A DNA stretch of 64,000 nt. Source: Cyanophora paradoxa CCMP329. Its lineage: Eukaryota > Plantae > Glaucophyta. Shown one piece after another: positions 10,901-22,439 of this stretch; the first letter of the stretch is position 1; every line of letters starts with the position of its first letter. The position numbers and the translations under genes are program-made. The notes beneath the pieces are model-generated. The model had not been told where the DNA came from. It did no database searches and saw only the letters and a list, made by a program, of their open reading frames with translations. The stretch is taken from assembly GCA_004431415.1 (NCBI GenBank), contig QPMI01000534.1, forward strand, positions 124,001 to 188,000. Reading direction: 5' to 3'.

Positions 10901-13900
10901 CGCCCCCAGCACCCCGCTGCACGAAGCAAGGGAGGGCGGAGGTCAGGCGGCGACGGCTGGGATCGGCTAGGATCGGCTACGTAGAGCTAGGGCCGCTAGG
11001 CCTCGGGGGGCGGGGCGGAGGCGGGTGCGGGGGCGGGGGGCGGGGGCGGACGGGGCGCGGGGCCGGAGGAAGGAGAAGGCGAGGGCCGCCACGTCCAGCG
11101 CCGCCACCACCCCGTACCTGCGGGGCGCGGGGCGTCAGCCTAAGGCAGGCGCAGCGCTCAAGGCAGCTGGGAGCTCTCTAGGCTGCTAAGCCGCGTCAGT
11201 TGACATTCCATCTTTAGTTGGGCTGCTAAGACTGTCGTGCCAGGCCCGCGAGTCAGCCGAGGCTGGCTGGCTAGCTAGCTGGCTAGCTGCCGTCGCCTCG
11301 AGGGAGCCGTGGCCTCTCTTGCAGCTGAGCTCTTACTAAGACTGTTGTTCCATCTTTGAGGCGCACCGGAGGGCGGCGAGGGTGGCGAAGGCGCCCGGGC
11401 CGGCGAAGCCCATCGGGCGCCCCGTCTCCCCGAAGGGATCCCCGTGGCTCCACGGCCACAGCGCCCCCTCCCACTGCAGCGAACAGTAAACCGTAAGCGG
11501 AGAGAGAAGGAGCGAAAGAAAGGTTCTTTCTAATAAGATCTCGTAGAACAAAGACAAGGATCTTTCAGTTCGGGAGAAGCTTTAAGCGAACCGGAGGTAC
11601 GGCGCGAAAGACAGGTTCTTTCTAGCAAACTCTTATAACAAAGAAAGGATCTTTGAGCTCTAAGCGGACCTGGACGAGGACGCCGCCGGCGGTGGCGTTG
11701 GCCCACAGGGCGCGAGGGGCCGCCTCCGCGAGGCCGGCCGGGTGCGCCCCCTCCACCACCTAAAAATAGAATCAGTTCGAACTCGAACGAGGAGGAAGAA
11801 ACTTCGTTCGCACGTGGACGGGCCCGGCGGCGGAGGCGCGCAGGAGGGAGGCGTCGGGCGGGTCGAACATGCGCCCCGCGTCGTACTCGCAGCGCCCCGG
11901 CGAGCCTGCGCCAGCGAGGAAGAGAGAAGGGCGTGAGCCTGCGCGAGGGAAAGGGGGGAGGGAGGAGGGACGGGGCCCGGGGGGTACCGGGGGCCCAGGA
12001 GACGTTGGCCCAGCCCGACGCCACGAGCCCCTCGACCTCCGTGTACCTAAATATAGAAGAGCAGAAGTGAGAGGAAGGTGGGAGGAAGCTTGAGAGAAGA
12101 AAGATAGGGCACTTGAAAACAGCCTCGATGCCGGGGGGGAGGGCGGGCGCGGCGAGGCGGCAGGCGACGCGGACCGGGAGCGCCCGCTCCCGCAGCAGGT
12201 ACCGCGGCTATTAGAGAATATTAGAAGAAAGCAAGGGAGAAGACTAGGAAAGGCAGGGTTCGGACGTCGAAGAGGGCGCCCATGTAGAGGTTGGCGCAGA
12301 GGAGGAAGAGCAGGATGAAGCGGAGCTGCAGCAAGGGCGTCAGGCGAGGACCGAGGCCAGTAAACGCGAGTTCATAAGACGATTGGCTGATTAGATACGT
12401 TTATAAGACGAGTCTTAAAGTCTATAAGTCTTATAAGACGATAAACGCTTCGAAGGACGCGGCGCGAGGGGCGGGGCACCTGGGGGAGGCAGGAGCGCTG
12501 GAAGTGCTCGCGGAAGGGCTTCTGGAAGGCCGCCAGCGTCTCCGCGTCGATCCGCAGCCGCCCGAACCGGAACTGCACCTTCCGCCGGATGTTCTCGTAC
12601 CCGTCCTGCCGGCTGTGTTTAGAACGGGGCCGGGGCGGAAGTAGGAGGGGGAGGGGGAGCACCTTGGCGGAGGAGCGGCCGGTGTGGAGGAAGGACTTGA
12701 TCTGGCGCCGGCTCGCCGAGGCGAGCTTGGGGCGGCCCTGGCCGTGCCCGAGGGCCCCGCCCGCGCCCGAAGCTTTGGGCGAGCGCGCGGCGGCGGCGGA
12801 GCCGGCGCCGCCGCCGGCGGACTTTGGCGTGCGGACGGTCGGAAGGGCGCCCCCGAAGGAGGGGGCGGACTCGAGGCTGCCCGAGGGGCTGCGGGCCGGC
12901 TGCAGGGCCGCCGCGGCCCGCACGAGCAGGTCCAGCGGCGTGGTCGAGGCGGCCGCGCTCCACGTCGAGATGAGGCTCGGCCGGGCCGTGAACATGCGGC
13001 TCGTGGGGGCCCGGGGCACCGGGGCTTGTTGCTGGTCCGGGATGGAGAGCAGCCCGGAGCCGGCGCCCGTGCCCCACGAGGACTCGGATTCGACGGAGGA
13101 AACCGAGTTGGTGCGGGCGCGCCCGGCGCCGTCGCCGAAGCCCGGCGGCCGGACCGAGACGCCCTCGATGGGCGTCATGATCCGCGCGAGGGAGAAGGCC
13201 CCCAGGAGCCGCCGGGCGGCGCGGAGGCCCCGCCGGAGCGGCGCGAGGGCCCGCTCCGCCACCGGGTACGGCTCCGGGGCGGGGGGTACCGCGTTGAGCG
13301 GCTCGGAGGGGGAGGGCGGGGCCGGGGACGGGGCGCGGATGGCGGAGCGGGCGGGGGCGGGGCGAGGGAGGGGAGGGATGGCGCCCGCGTGCGCCCCGTC
13401 TCGGACGCGCCCCTGTCGTCCCTCCGAAGCGGACGCTGCTCCGGATCTTGGTGGACGCGTTGGGGGCGCCGCGCGGAGGGGGCGCGGGCTCCCCGGGCCC
13501 CGGCCGGCGAGGCGGGGGCCAGGCGCGCGGGGGCGGCCCGCGGCGGCAGCGGCGCCGCCGCCGCGTGCTCGATCGCGAGCGGGGCGAGGCGGCCGGGAGG
13601 CGGCGGCGGTGGCTGCGGCGGCGCCAGCTGGAGGAGCGGGGCGCCCTCCTCGGAGTCCACCCCGCCGCCGGCGGTGGCGCGGCGCGACAGGCGGCGGCGG
13701 GCGACGGAGCCAGTGGAGGAGGTGCGGCGGGCGCCGGCGGAGGCGGAGGCGCGGCGGGCGCCGTCGGGGCCGAACTCGAAGCCGTCCAGCAGCGGCTCGA
13801 AGATCGGCGCGTAGATCGCCCGCGCCGCGTGCGCCGGCGGCGGCGACGGCTCCGAAGGCTCCGGCGGGGCACCGCGAGCGCCAGGGCGCCCCCGCGACCA

Positions 13901-16900
13901 CCGGCGACGACGCCTGCCCCACCTCACGGGCAGGCTCGGCTGCCGCCTCCGCCTCCGCCTCCGCCTCCTCCGCCTCCTCCGCCTCCTCGCGCGGCGGCGG
14001 CTGCTGCGCGGCCCCCTCCGCACCGCGGAGGGCGGCCTGGGAGGCGGCGACGGCCTCGGGCGGGGGCACGTAGGGCTGGATCGGGGCCGTGAGGATGAGT
14101 CCCCTGGAGGCGGCTCGGGAGCCGGCGCGGAGGCGGGCGGAGAGGAGCGGCGGGGTCTCGCCCGGCGGGCGCCGCTTCAGCAGCACGGCGGGGACCCGCG
14201 CCCGCCGCGCCTGCGCACGGACGCGCGGCGTCAGACGATAAAAAAGCTAGCTGGCCGAGCCCTTGAGCTGGTCGGGCGTGGACGGCGGACTGGAGCGGGA
14301 TTTCGGCGGGAATTCAACGGGGATTCGGACCTGGACGTGGACCATGCGCTTTCCGTCGCACGCGTACGCCTCGTCCCCCACCAGCCGCTGCCCCCGGCCG
14401 AGAGCTCAGCCGAGAGCTTGAGGGGCGCCGGCTCTAAGCGGCTCCAAGTCGCCTCTAAGCGGAACTGGGCGGGGCGGACCTGGGCGCGTTCGGAGGCGAG
14501 GAGCTCGCCCGGGGGGCAGCTGGCGAGGAGGCGCGAGGCGACGAAGAAGGTCTCCCCAAACAGGTGGTACCTGCCCCGCCCCCCCCGCCCCGCTCAGCCA
14601 CGCTTCGCGGCTCCTTTAGGGCGGCCCGTTTAGCCCTTATCTTATCGGCCCTCGCTCGGTCGGGCACGCAGTCTCAGCTATTAGAGCTCTTTCAAAGCTG
14701 CTCGCCTAAAGGCTCTTATCAGCGCTCTTGTTGGGGCGGCTCTTTAAGCTCGCCCAGCTGCAGGCTCAGCCAAGGTCTTAGGGCTTCAAGCTCTACGACG
14801 AGGGGGCGTGAAGCCCTAGAGTTCCCCAGTTCTTTAAGCTCTTATCAGGGCGCTTCTTTGAAGCGGCTTTTAAAAAGCGGATTCTTCTCTAAAGCCACGG
14901 TCCAAGGGCTCTAAGCCCTTTGAAGCGAACTCTCCCTACGACGAGGGGGCGCACCGGGGGCTGCTCTTGGTGGAGATGACGCCGGCGACGGCGGGGCCGG
15001 CGTGCAGGCCGCCCCGCACCCGCAGCAGCCGTCCGTCCGCCAGGCCCTGCCCCGAGGACTCAGCGGGGCGGCCAACCACGGACGAAGATAAGACAGCTAG
15101 GCGGGTTTCGTTTGCTAGGGCGCGGGGAGGCTGGGGCGGGGCGCGCCTGCTCCTCGAGGGCGTCTTTGATGGCGTGCCAGAGCGCCGCCAGCCGCTGCAC
15201 GTGCGCCTGCGGGGGGGCGCTAGAAGTCAGAGGGAAAGCCGCGGCGGAGCCGGGGCGCTTGGTCGGACCTGGAGGCTTTCGCGCCTGCGGGGCGCCCCCG
15301 GCCCCGCCCCCGCCCCCCCCGGCTCGTCGTCCTCGCCCGGCCCCGAGCCCGAGCCCCCGCGCCCCCGCCGCCCCCGTCCGCTGCTGCTGCCTCCGCCTCC
15401 TCCGCCGCCTCCGCCGCCCCGCCGGGAGTCGTCCTCGCACCCGGAGGCCTCCGAGGCGGCCCCGTCGCCGTCGCTCGCATCCGCCTCGTCCGACGGCTGC
15501 CAGCACTCATAAGAACGAAAGCAGGGAGGGGAGGGGGAGGGCGGACGCGGCGGCGGCGGGAGCCCGAGCCCGGGGCGTCGGAGACGAGGTGGGACGAGGA
15601 GGCGACGATGTAGCGGTCCGCCACCGCGTCGATCTGCCGCGAGGCGCCCCACCCCGTGTGAGCGGTTCGTAGGCGGCGCCCGCTGCCCTCCGGCCAAGCC
15701 CCCGGGCACCTTGTGGGCGCCGTGCTCCTTGACGAGGCGGTCGCAGATCGCCACCACGCGGTTGATCAGGCCCACGATCTGCCCCGCGCGTCAGGGTGAG
15801 GCGCGAGGAAGGTGCGGTAGGCTAGGGGAAGGGGCGGGCCTTCTCGGGGGACGCGACGTTCTGCGCCGTGTACGCCGCGAACCTGCGCGGCGCCGCGGGG
15901 GCGGGTCCTCTCAGCCAGCCGGCAGCGGGGCGCGGGCGGGGCGCGGGACGGCTCGCACCCGGTGAGGTCGACGCAGAGGAGGGCGCACTCGGGGACGTCG
16001 TGCGCCACGATGCGCTTCCCCGCCGCGATCTCCTCCGCGATCCGCCCCGGCACCAGCCGCTGCAGGAGCGCGCGTCAGCAGAGGCTCGGGCCGCTGGAAC
16101 CAGGGCTCTATAAAAGGCTCGGAGGAGCGGCACCGGGGAATCCTACTTGCATTCTAGAATCTTTTTGGATGCAGGGCGGGGGGGGGGGGGGGGGGGGGGG
16201 GGGCGCGGGGGGTATACCTGGAGGAGGGCGCGGGAGCGTCGCTCGGCGGTGCGGAGGCGCCGCTGCGTCAGGAACTCCGTCCGCGCCGCCAGCTCCTGAG
16301 AGGGCGAGGATCAGTGATAAATCAAGTTTTAAGCTTTCTATGAAGCACTCCTCAGCTGGGTGCTAGGGAAGGTCCCGGAGCTAGAAGCGTTCCGGAGCTA
16401 GACGTCTGCTGGTAGGTCTAGGCTAAGTGGCTAAATGCCAGGGGAGGGACCGGAGCTAGCGCGAGCGGATCGGGGCGGGGCGGGGCGGAGGCGCGCCTGC
16501 TGGTAAATGGTGATGAGGACGCAGATCCAGGGGAAGAAGTTCGCCAGCAGCCAGAAGCCTGAGGGAAGTCGGAACGAGGAGCGGGGCGCGAGGCGGGCAG
16601 GCGAGGAAGCGGCGCCGGCGGGCGGACCGAAGGCGTCCCCGAGGGCGTGGCCGCCGGCGCCCGGGCCGAAGCGGGCCCAGTCCCCCGACATGACCCGCCC
16701 CAGGTGCACCCCCTGCCCCGCCGGCGCGTGAGCACCGCGGAAGGCTCCAGGCGCTAATTGAGACTTGGAGGAAGTAATTGAGACTTCGAGGCCCGAGCGT
16801 ACCTCGACGAGGAGTACGACGAGGAAGTAGTGGCGGAACAGCGGCCGCGCCACGTACCCGTAGTACACCACCTGGAGGGTGGAGGGAGGGTACGGTGTTA

Positions 16901-18025
16901 GAGCGGAGTGGGAGGGGGCCGGGAGGGGGGGCGCGCCTGCATGAGCCCGCGGATGGTCGCGCCGTAGAGGGTGCCCCAATAGTTGGCCTCGCGGACGATG
17001 TACCCCCCCAGGGCGATGAAGAGGCCGATGAGCATCGTGAAGAAGGCGTACGCGTTGTGGTTGGCGATGGGGGTGCGGAAGTACGTGGTGAGGAAGCCGC
17101 CGAGGAAGATGGGGCAGAGGACGGCGAGGAAGGGGATGTACTCGCGGTTCGGGAGCCACGCCTGCGCCTCGGAGTCGAAGTAGCGCTCCTCGTCCCGCTT
17201 CGCCCACGCGTAGATCCCCTGCGCGAAATTCGATCCGGATCAAATTCGGGTTCGAATTCGAATTTGAATTCGAAACCGCGCACCTCGGCGAAGAACTGGA
17301 CGAAGAGCATGACGGCGAGGACGCGCATCTGGCGGGAGGAACGGTCGTCGAAGAATCGCGAGTAGTCCGCCTCCAGGCCGCCCCCGCCGCCCCGGAACGA
17401 GAGCGCGATCTGCCAGGGCGGGCGCGCGCGGGCGGTGAGAAGGCGGGGGCGGGAGAAGCTAAAGGGGTCGCGGCAAGCGAGCGCACCGGGTTGATGCGGA
17501 CTTGCTCGAGGTTGGGCGACTGCGCCGAGTCGAGGAACAGGTGGCAGGAGCAGTCCGCCCGCACGCCCGCGTTGCACCTGCGCGCGCGTCGGGCGCGGGC
17601 GGGGCGGATGGGCGGCGGGCGGGGGCGCACTGATCGGCGCAGAGCTCGCAGTGGCTCACAACGCGCCCCGCGTCGTCCTCCCCGCCCCAGAACCCGTTCC
17701 CCTTCGCCCACTCGACGAACCACGCCCGCGCCTCGCCGAGCCGCCGCCAGGTTGCCTGCGAGCGAGCGGCGCCTCAGCGGAGCCGGAGAGTGCGCGAAGA
17801 CGAGCGGCGCACCTCCCGAACGGCGGCGCCCCGGGCGAGCACCGAGCCGAGGAAGGACGGGCGCTCCGCCCCCAGGTCGCTGGCGGTGATGCTGCTCCGG
17901 GCGACGCTGGAGCGCCCGTTGGCCCCGCTAGCGTTCATGATGACCACGTGCCCCAGCTCCGCCGTCGACTCCGAGAGCGGGTGCACGGCCGCCGCCGTGG
18001 CCGCCGTCTGCGTCGTCCAGCGCAT
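7914..18025 (-). CDS. Two-domain transmembrane class III nucleotidyl cyclase (M1-C1-M2-C2 topology), guanylyl-cyclase-like
   Basis: C1: LVPGRIAEEIAAG..LCVDLTG|FAAY..HK|IDAVADRY..RVRGGLHAGPAVAGVISTKSSP|RYHLFGETFFVASRL. C2: MLPERVTERL..M|VCDVAG..HK|VWSLGDVYVVAAG..EMRVGIARSALVGGLVGITLPRY|ELFGHALSHATRL. Hydrophobic exon clusters lie at ~16500-17330 and ~9900-12330. Confidence 0.88.
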
Positions 18026-18924
18026 CGCTGCGGGCTGCTCGGCTGTCCGCGGGCCTGCCTACGGCTGCTCCAGGCTGTTCATGAGCACGCGCAGTCGTGC
18101 GGGCGCCAAAGCGCCTTGCCCCGCGCTGCCGCTTCGCTCTCTGGGCTGCTGCAGAGGCCGGCGAGTGCAGGCGAGCAAGTCCGGGCGCGAGATCCGGCGC
18201 GACGGCTGCGGCTTCTGGATCCCTGCGGAAGCCCTGTACGACCGCTGCGCGCCTCCAGAGGCCTGCTTGATCAAGGCTGCTTCGCTGCGCGGCTGCTGCG
18301 GTGCTGGACAAGGCGCGCCGACCCGCGTGCAGCTTCCTTCTGCTGACCAGAATGCAGGAGCGCGCGATGATGGGAGCCGGAAAACCGAACAGTCGCGCCA
18401 TGGCGGAGAAAAAATGCCCGGGGGTACACAGGCAGAGTTGCGTGGTGCGTTACAGTCCGGCCACGGCGCGCTTTGGCGGCGAAGAAGAGATCGCTTGCGT
18501 GCCTGGAGTCTCTTTAAAAAGCCAGCGCCCCGCGGCACGCCGCAACAGCAACCGCACCCCGCCGAGCCGGCCGACGCCCGCCGGCCGTGTGCGTAATCGA
18601 GCGTCGGTGCGTCTGCGCGGGATAGGGACGCACCCTCGCGAAGCTCACCGCGCCGCATGCGCAGGCGATGCAACCGCGGTAGCGACCAGGGAGACGGGAC
18701 GAGAGCGCTCGGCGGGCGCGCGGGCAGCGATGGCGTACACCTACGCCTACCCGACGCGGCGGCGCTCGCTGGCGAAGCTGATCCGCCTCACCGCGGGCTT
18801 CCTTGTGCTCCTCGCGGTCTTCGTCTACATGGTGCGGCTCCTGGAGGAGGGCGACCGCCTCTACGAGGGCGGGTACAGCGCCGAGCTCGTCGACGAGGCC
18901 CCCGCCGGTGCGCATGCGCCGGCC

Positions 18925-18960
<36 letters not shown>

Positions 18961-21345
18961 GCTCATCCGAGCGCGCGCGCGGCCGCCAGCAGCGTGCACG
19001 GCGCAGTGCAGCTTCAACGGCCTCTGCGGGGCGGACGGCGCCTGCTCCTGCGACGCCGGCTTCGCGGGGCCCGAGTGCTCCGCGGTCGCCCCGTGCCTCT
19101 GCGGCCCGCTCCCGGAGCCGCCGGAGCCCCTTCAGAACTTCTTCGCCCGCTTCGACGCCGAGCGCCACGCCGCCGTCCACGCTGCCCAGGCGCGCCCCGT
19201 ACCCCTCCCGGCCCCGTCGTACCCCCCCCCTCCCCCCGGCACGCCTCACGGTACCCCGCGCAGGTGGAGGCGGACCTGGCTCCCTGGAGCCTCGGAAACA
19301 TCTCCGCGGAGCTCGTGGACCGCGCGGAAGGTCAGCGGGGGTACCCTCATTTACGTTTCGGCGACAAACAAAGACGTACCCCCCGCAGATCTGGGGGACG
19401 CCCGTTTCCAGATCATTCAGAACCGCCTGTACGCCCACGGACGCCTCGATCCCCCGCGCATCCGGTCCGCTGTTTCCCCCGCGCTCGGACTCTGTTCCAT
19501 GTACCCCCCCTGATGCGATTCATAGGGCCGTCACTGCGATGTTGCTCGCGCTCCTGCGGCGCGTCAAGATGCCCGACGTCGACTTCGTGGTGCGCGTGTA
19601 CCCCCCGTCAGGGTCTTCGTGCCGTGCCCTTCCGATGCTTCTCCCCGCCCCGCAGGTCTCTGCTTCGGACCTGCCCGCGGTACCCCGCCACGTCCCTATA
19701 CCCGTCTTCTCGGCCGTCAAGTCCGACGCGCACTCCGACGCGCGTACCCCCTGCGCCATCGTACCCGGGAGAGGATCGCGCTGACGTACCCCCGTCTGCA
19801 GATCCTCATACCCGACGGGAGGGCCTTCACCGAAGAGTGGGCGGCGATGGTGCGGAATCGTACCCCTGCTTGGAATCGGTCGCGAACCGCGTCCATCGCC
19901 CCCTTGAATCCCGTACTCCCCCAGGTTGGCGAGTACCCAGGGGAGCCGGCGTGGTCCGAGAAGCACGGCCGCCTGCTCTGGCGGGGATCGCCCCCCGTGC
20001 GCCGCCGCCCACGTACCCCGGCCCCAAACAATCGCGAGACCCGTACCCCTTCAGGGCGGCTGGTCCGGCGTCGAGGTGGCGGCGTCGGCCCCGGAGAGGG
20101 AGCACGTACCCCGCGCCCGGCTCATGAAGGTGCAGTCGCTCGGTACCCCCGGCCGGCCCGATCCCCGCCCGACCCCCCCCCCCCCGAAAATAGATCGCGG
20201 AAGGGTACGCGGAAGACATCGACGCCGGATTCGCCTCCCACGAGCCGCAGGACAAGAGCGTGCGCTGTACCCCTCCCCATTGACCCGCGCCGCATCCGCA
20301 AACGCCGTACCCGCAACAGCTGGAGAAGGCCGCTGCGACCTTTGGCCCGACGAGGCCCTTCGTACCCCTCTCCGACCAGCTCAAGAGCAAGCTCCTGCTT
20401 TCCCTCGGTACCTCTCCATTCCTGTTGCTTCTGTACCCCTCCTTGACTTAATCCCCCCTCAGACGGCGAGGGCGTCCCCTCCTCCTTCCTCCCCGAGCTC
20501 GCCTCGGGCTCCCTCCCCTTCAAGCAGGTACCCCCCCTTCCTTGAAATTTCGATACCCCAGCGCTAATCGCCCCGCCAGACCTCCCCCTACTACCAGTTC
20601 AATCACCGCTGGCTCCAGGTGCCCACCACTATCCCCTTCCTGTATCGGCTCCGGGGGTACACGTGCGACGCCGGTCGCAGCCCTGGGAGCACTTCGTACC
20701 CGTCTCGCCGACTCTCGACGACCTCCCGGACCTAATAAGGTTCGATTCGCTATCATCCAATCTTTTTAAAAAGCTTTTCGGAGAGTCCTCAACGCTTAGG
20801 TGGTCGCGGGAGAACGACGCGGGCGCGTCTGCGGCGGCGGCCGCCGGCGCGCGCTTCGTTCGCGAGCGCCTGAGGCAGTCCGACGTTCTCACGTACCTTG
20901 CCCGGTGATCCCATCCGCCTCCGACCTGAATTCGATCCGATCGGCGCTGAAATTGGATCCAGGGCGCTCACGAGGTACGCGGGGATGCTGCGGTACAGCC
21001 CCCGGGCCCTCTCCAGCGCGGCGCCCGTGCCCCAGCCGACCGCGCACTGCCCCTGCGCCGCCTCCGGTGCGGCCGCACCCCCACGCTCGACCGAGCGAAC
21101 GCCCCCGCGTGGATTCGAACCCGCGTCTTGCAGAGGCCGAGCCCTCGGAAATCGTCCGGATCCTGCACGCCAGCCGCGTGAAGGGCTTCGCGCTCCGGGC
21201 GGGCGGGCCGCCGGGCTCTCTCCTCCGCGGCCGCGGCGGCGGCGGCGCCCTCCCCACGGCTCACGCCCCCGCCGAGCTCGCCCAGCGGTTCGTACCGTAC
21301 CCCCGGTCGACTTTGTCCCCCCTCGCGACGCGCTTTCCGCGCAGC
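10452..21345. repeat. Segmental duplication I, copy A (paired with 27379-38326)
   Basis: Collinear exon-level near identity from gaagcgccgcggcgcccccagc (10452/27379) to gcgcagc (21345/38326). Confidence 0.95.
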
Positions 21346-21348
21346 TAA
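18730..21348 (+). CDS. Glycosyltransferase family 90 (CAP10/POGLUT-KDELC-like) with type II TM and EGF-like domain; C-terminally truncated copy
   Basis: MAYTY..TM; CTAQCSFNGLCGADGACSCDAGFAGPECS (EGF); MPDVDFV, PIPVFS..HSD|ILIPD, AWSEKHGRLLWRGS, IDAGF, LLSL|DGEG, PWEHFVPV..DL (GT90 motifs). Homology to copy B stops at 21345, followed by TAA. Confidence 0.82.
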
Positions 21349-21790
21349 ACGCGTTCGGCAGACGCTTCTGGAGCGGGCCCGACGCCTCTGGTCACGCCGC
21401 TGCGAAATCAACGCGGAATGGGAACGCGGCTGCCGCATCTCCCAGGCGTCAAAGAAGCGACCGCGCCCGCCCCGCACGGGTGCCCGCGCCCGCAAGCGGG
21501 CCCGCGGTCCTCGGACCTGTAAGGAAGTCTGCGCCGCCTGCGACGGGCCGACTCGCCTTCACGATCTACTCAACGCCGCTCGGAACGCAGACTGCCCACC
21601 GGAGTACGCGGGCTGGAAGGCGGCGCTCCGCGCCCAAGAACTCTACGATTGCGTCAAGGTAAGCGCCCTTGGGAGGCACATCCTAGCCCGCTCTTAACGG
21701 TACCCCGAGGCGCGCGAAAAGGGGGGAGGGGGGGGGGGGCTACGTCGGGAGGAGACTCTCGACACCACCTACCTACTACTTCACCATACC
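21345..21790 (+). mobile_element. Putative 5'-truncated non-LTR retrotransposon (ORF2 C-terminus plus 3' UTR/simple-repeat tail)
   Basis: Intronless, ATG-less frame ..RARRLWSRRCEINAEWERGCRISQASKKR..CAACDGPTRLH..DCP..* (TAA 21695-21697), resembling the LW..RC...WE C-terminal motif of LINE ORF2. It is followed by a G-tract and a (c)cta-rich tail. Confidence 0.4.
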
Positions 21791-22439
21791 TAGTCCTTGA
21801 GAAACTTCCCTGATTTAGTCTTAGCCACACACACACTAGATACAGCCGCCTCGACCGACTCGCTGGGCCCCTCTGCCCAAGCGAGCGCCTGCCCTGCCTC
21901 CCTCTCCCGCGCCGCTCTCCCGCCCGCTCTCTTGCCCCTGCCCACCATCCACGACCACGCCCGCCTTCCTCACGCCTCGACAGGGAGGGAACGATGGACC
22001 GGAAGGCTTGGCGGAAGGCTTTGGCTGGTCGCTGCACCCACCAGACACCCCGGCCGTCGTGCCAGGACCGTGGGTTGAAGGACCGCCGCGGAGGGGGCTC
22101 GCAATTGCCTGTGCCGGGGGTGCGGCGGCTGGTTCGAGGCTGGAAGCCCGGCTGACCGCGAAGTCTGACCCTCCCCCCCCCCGCCCCGGCTAGCGCCGAT
22201 CCTCTCCACCCCGCCCTACTCCCTCCCCGCGACATCCCTCCCCGCCTCTCTCCCCTCGGCCCCTCCACACCGACGTGCTTCCACATGCGCTTTGGGCGAG
22301 CGGTCCCCTCGACGCGGAGCCCGCCGCGCTAGTACTAGTCGCGGCCGCGTCGAGAGTAGGCAGACTAGACCGCGGGCCCGTCCTGGCTTTCCTACCGTAT
22401 AGTAGACTAGCCCGCGAGCCCCGGACGCCCCGACAGTCC

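Noticed and set aside
13415-13900. Apparent frameshifts in cyclase copy A relative to copy B, and in the Pro-rich RING tails
   Set aside because: They fall in G/C homopolymer runs (for example 5 vs 6 C), typical of long-read consensus errors. They are not taken as evidence of pseudogenisation or programmed frameshifting.
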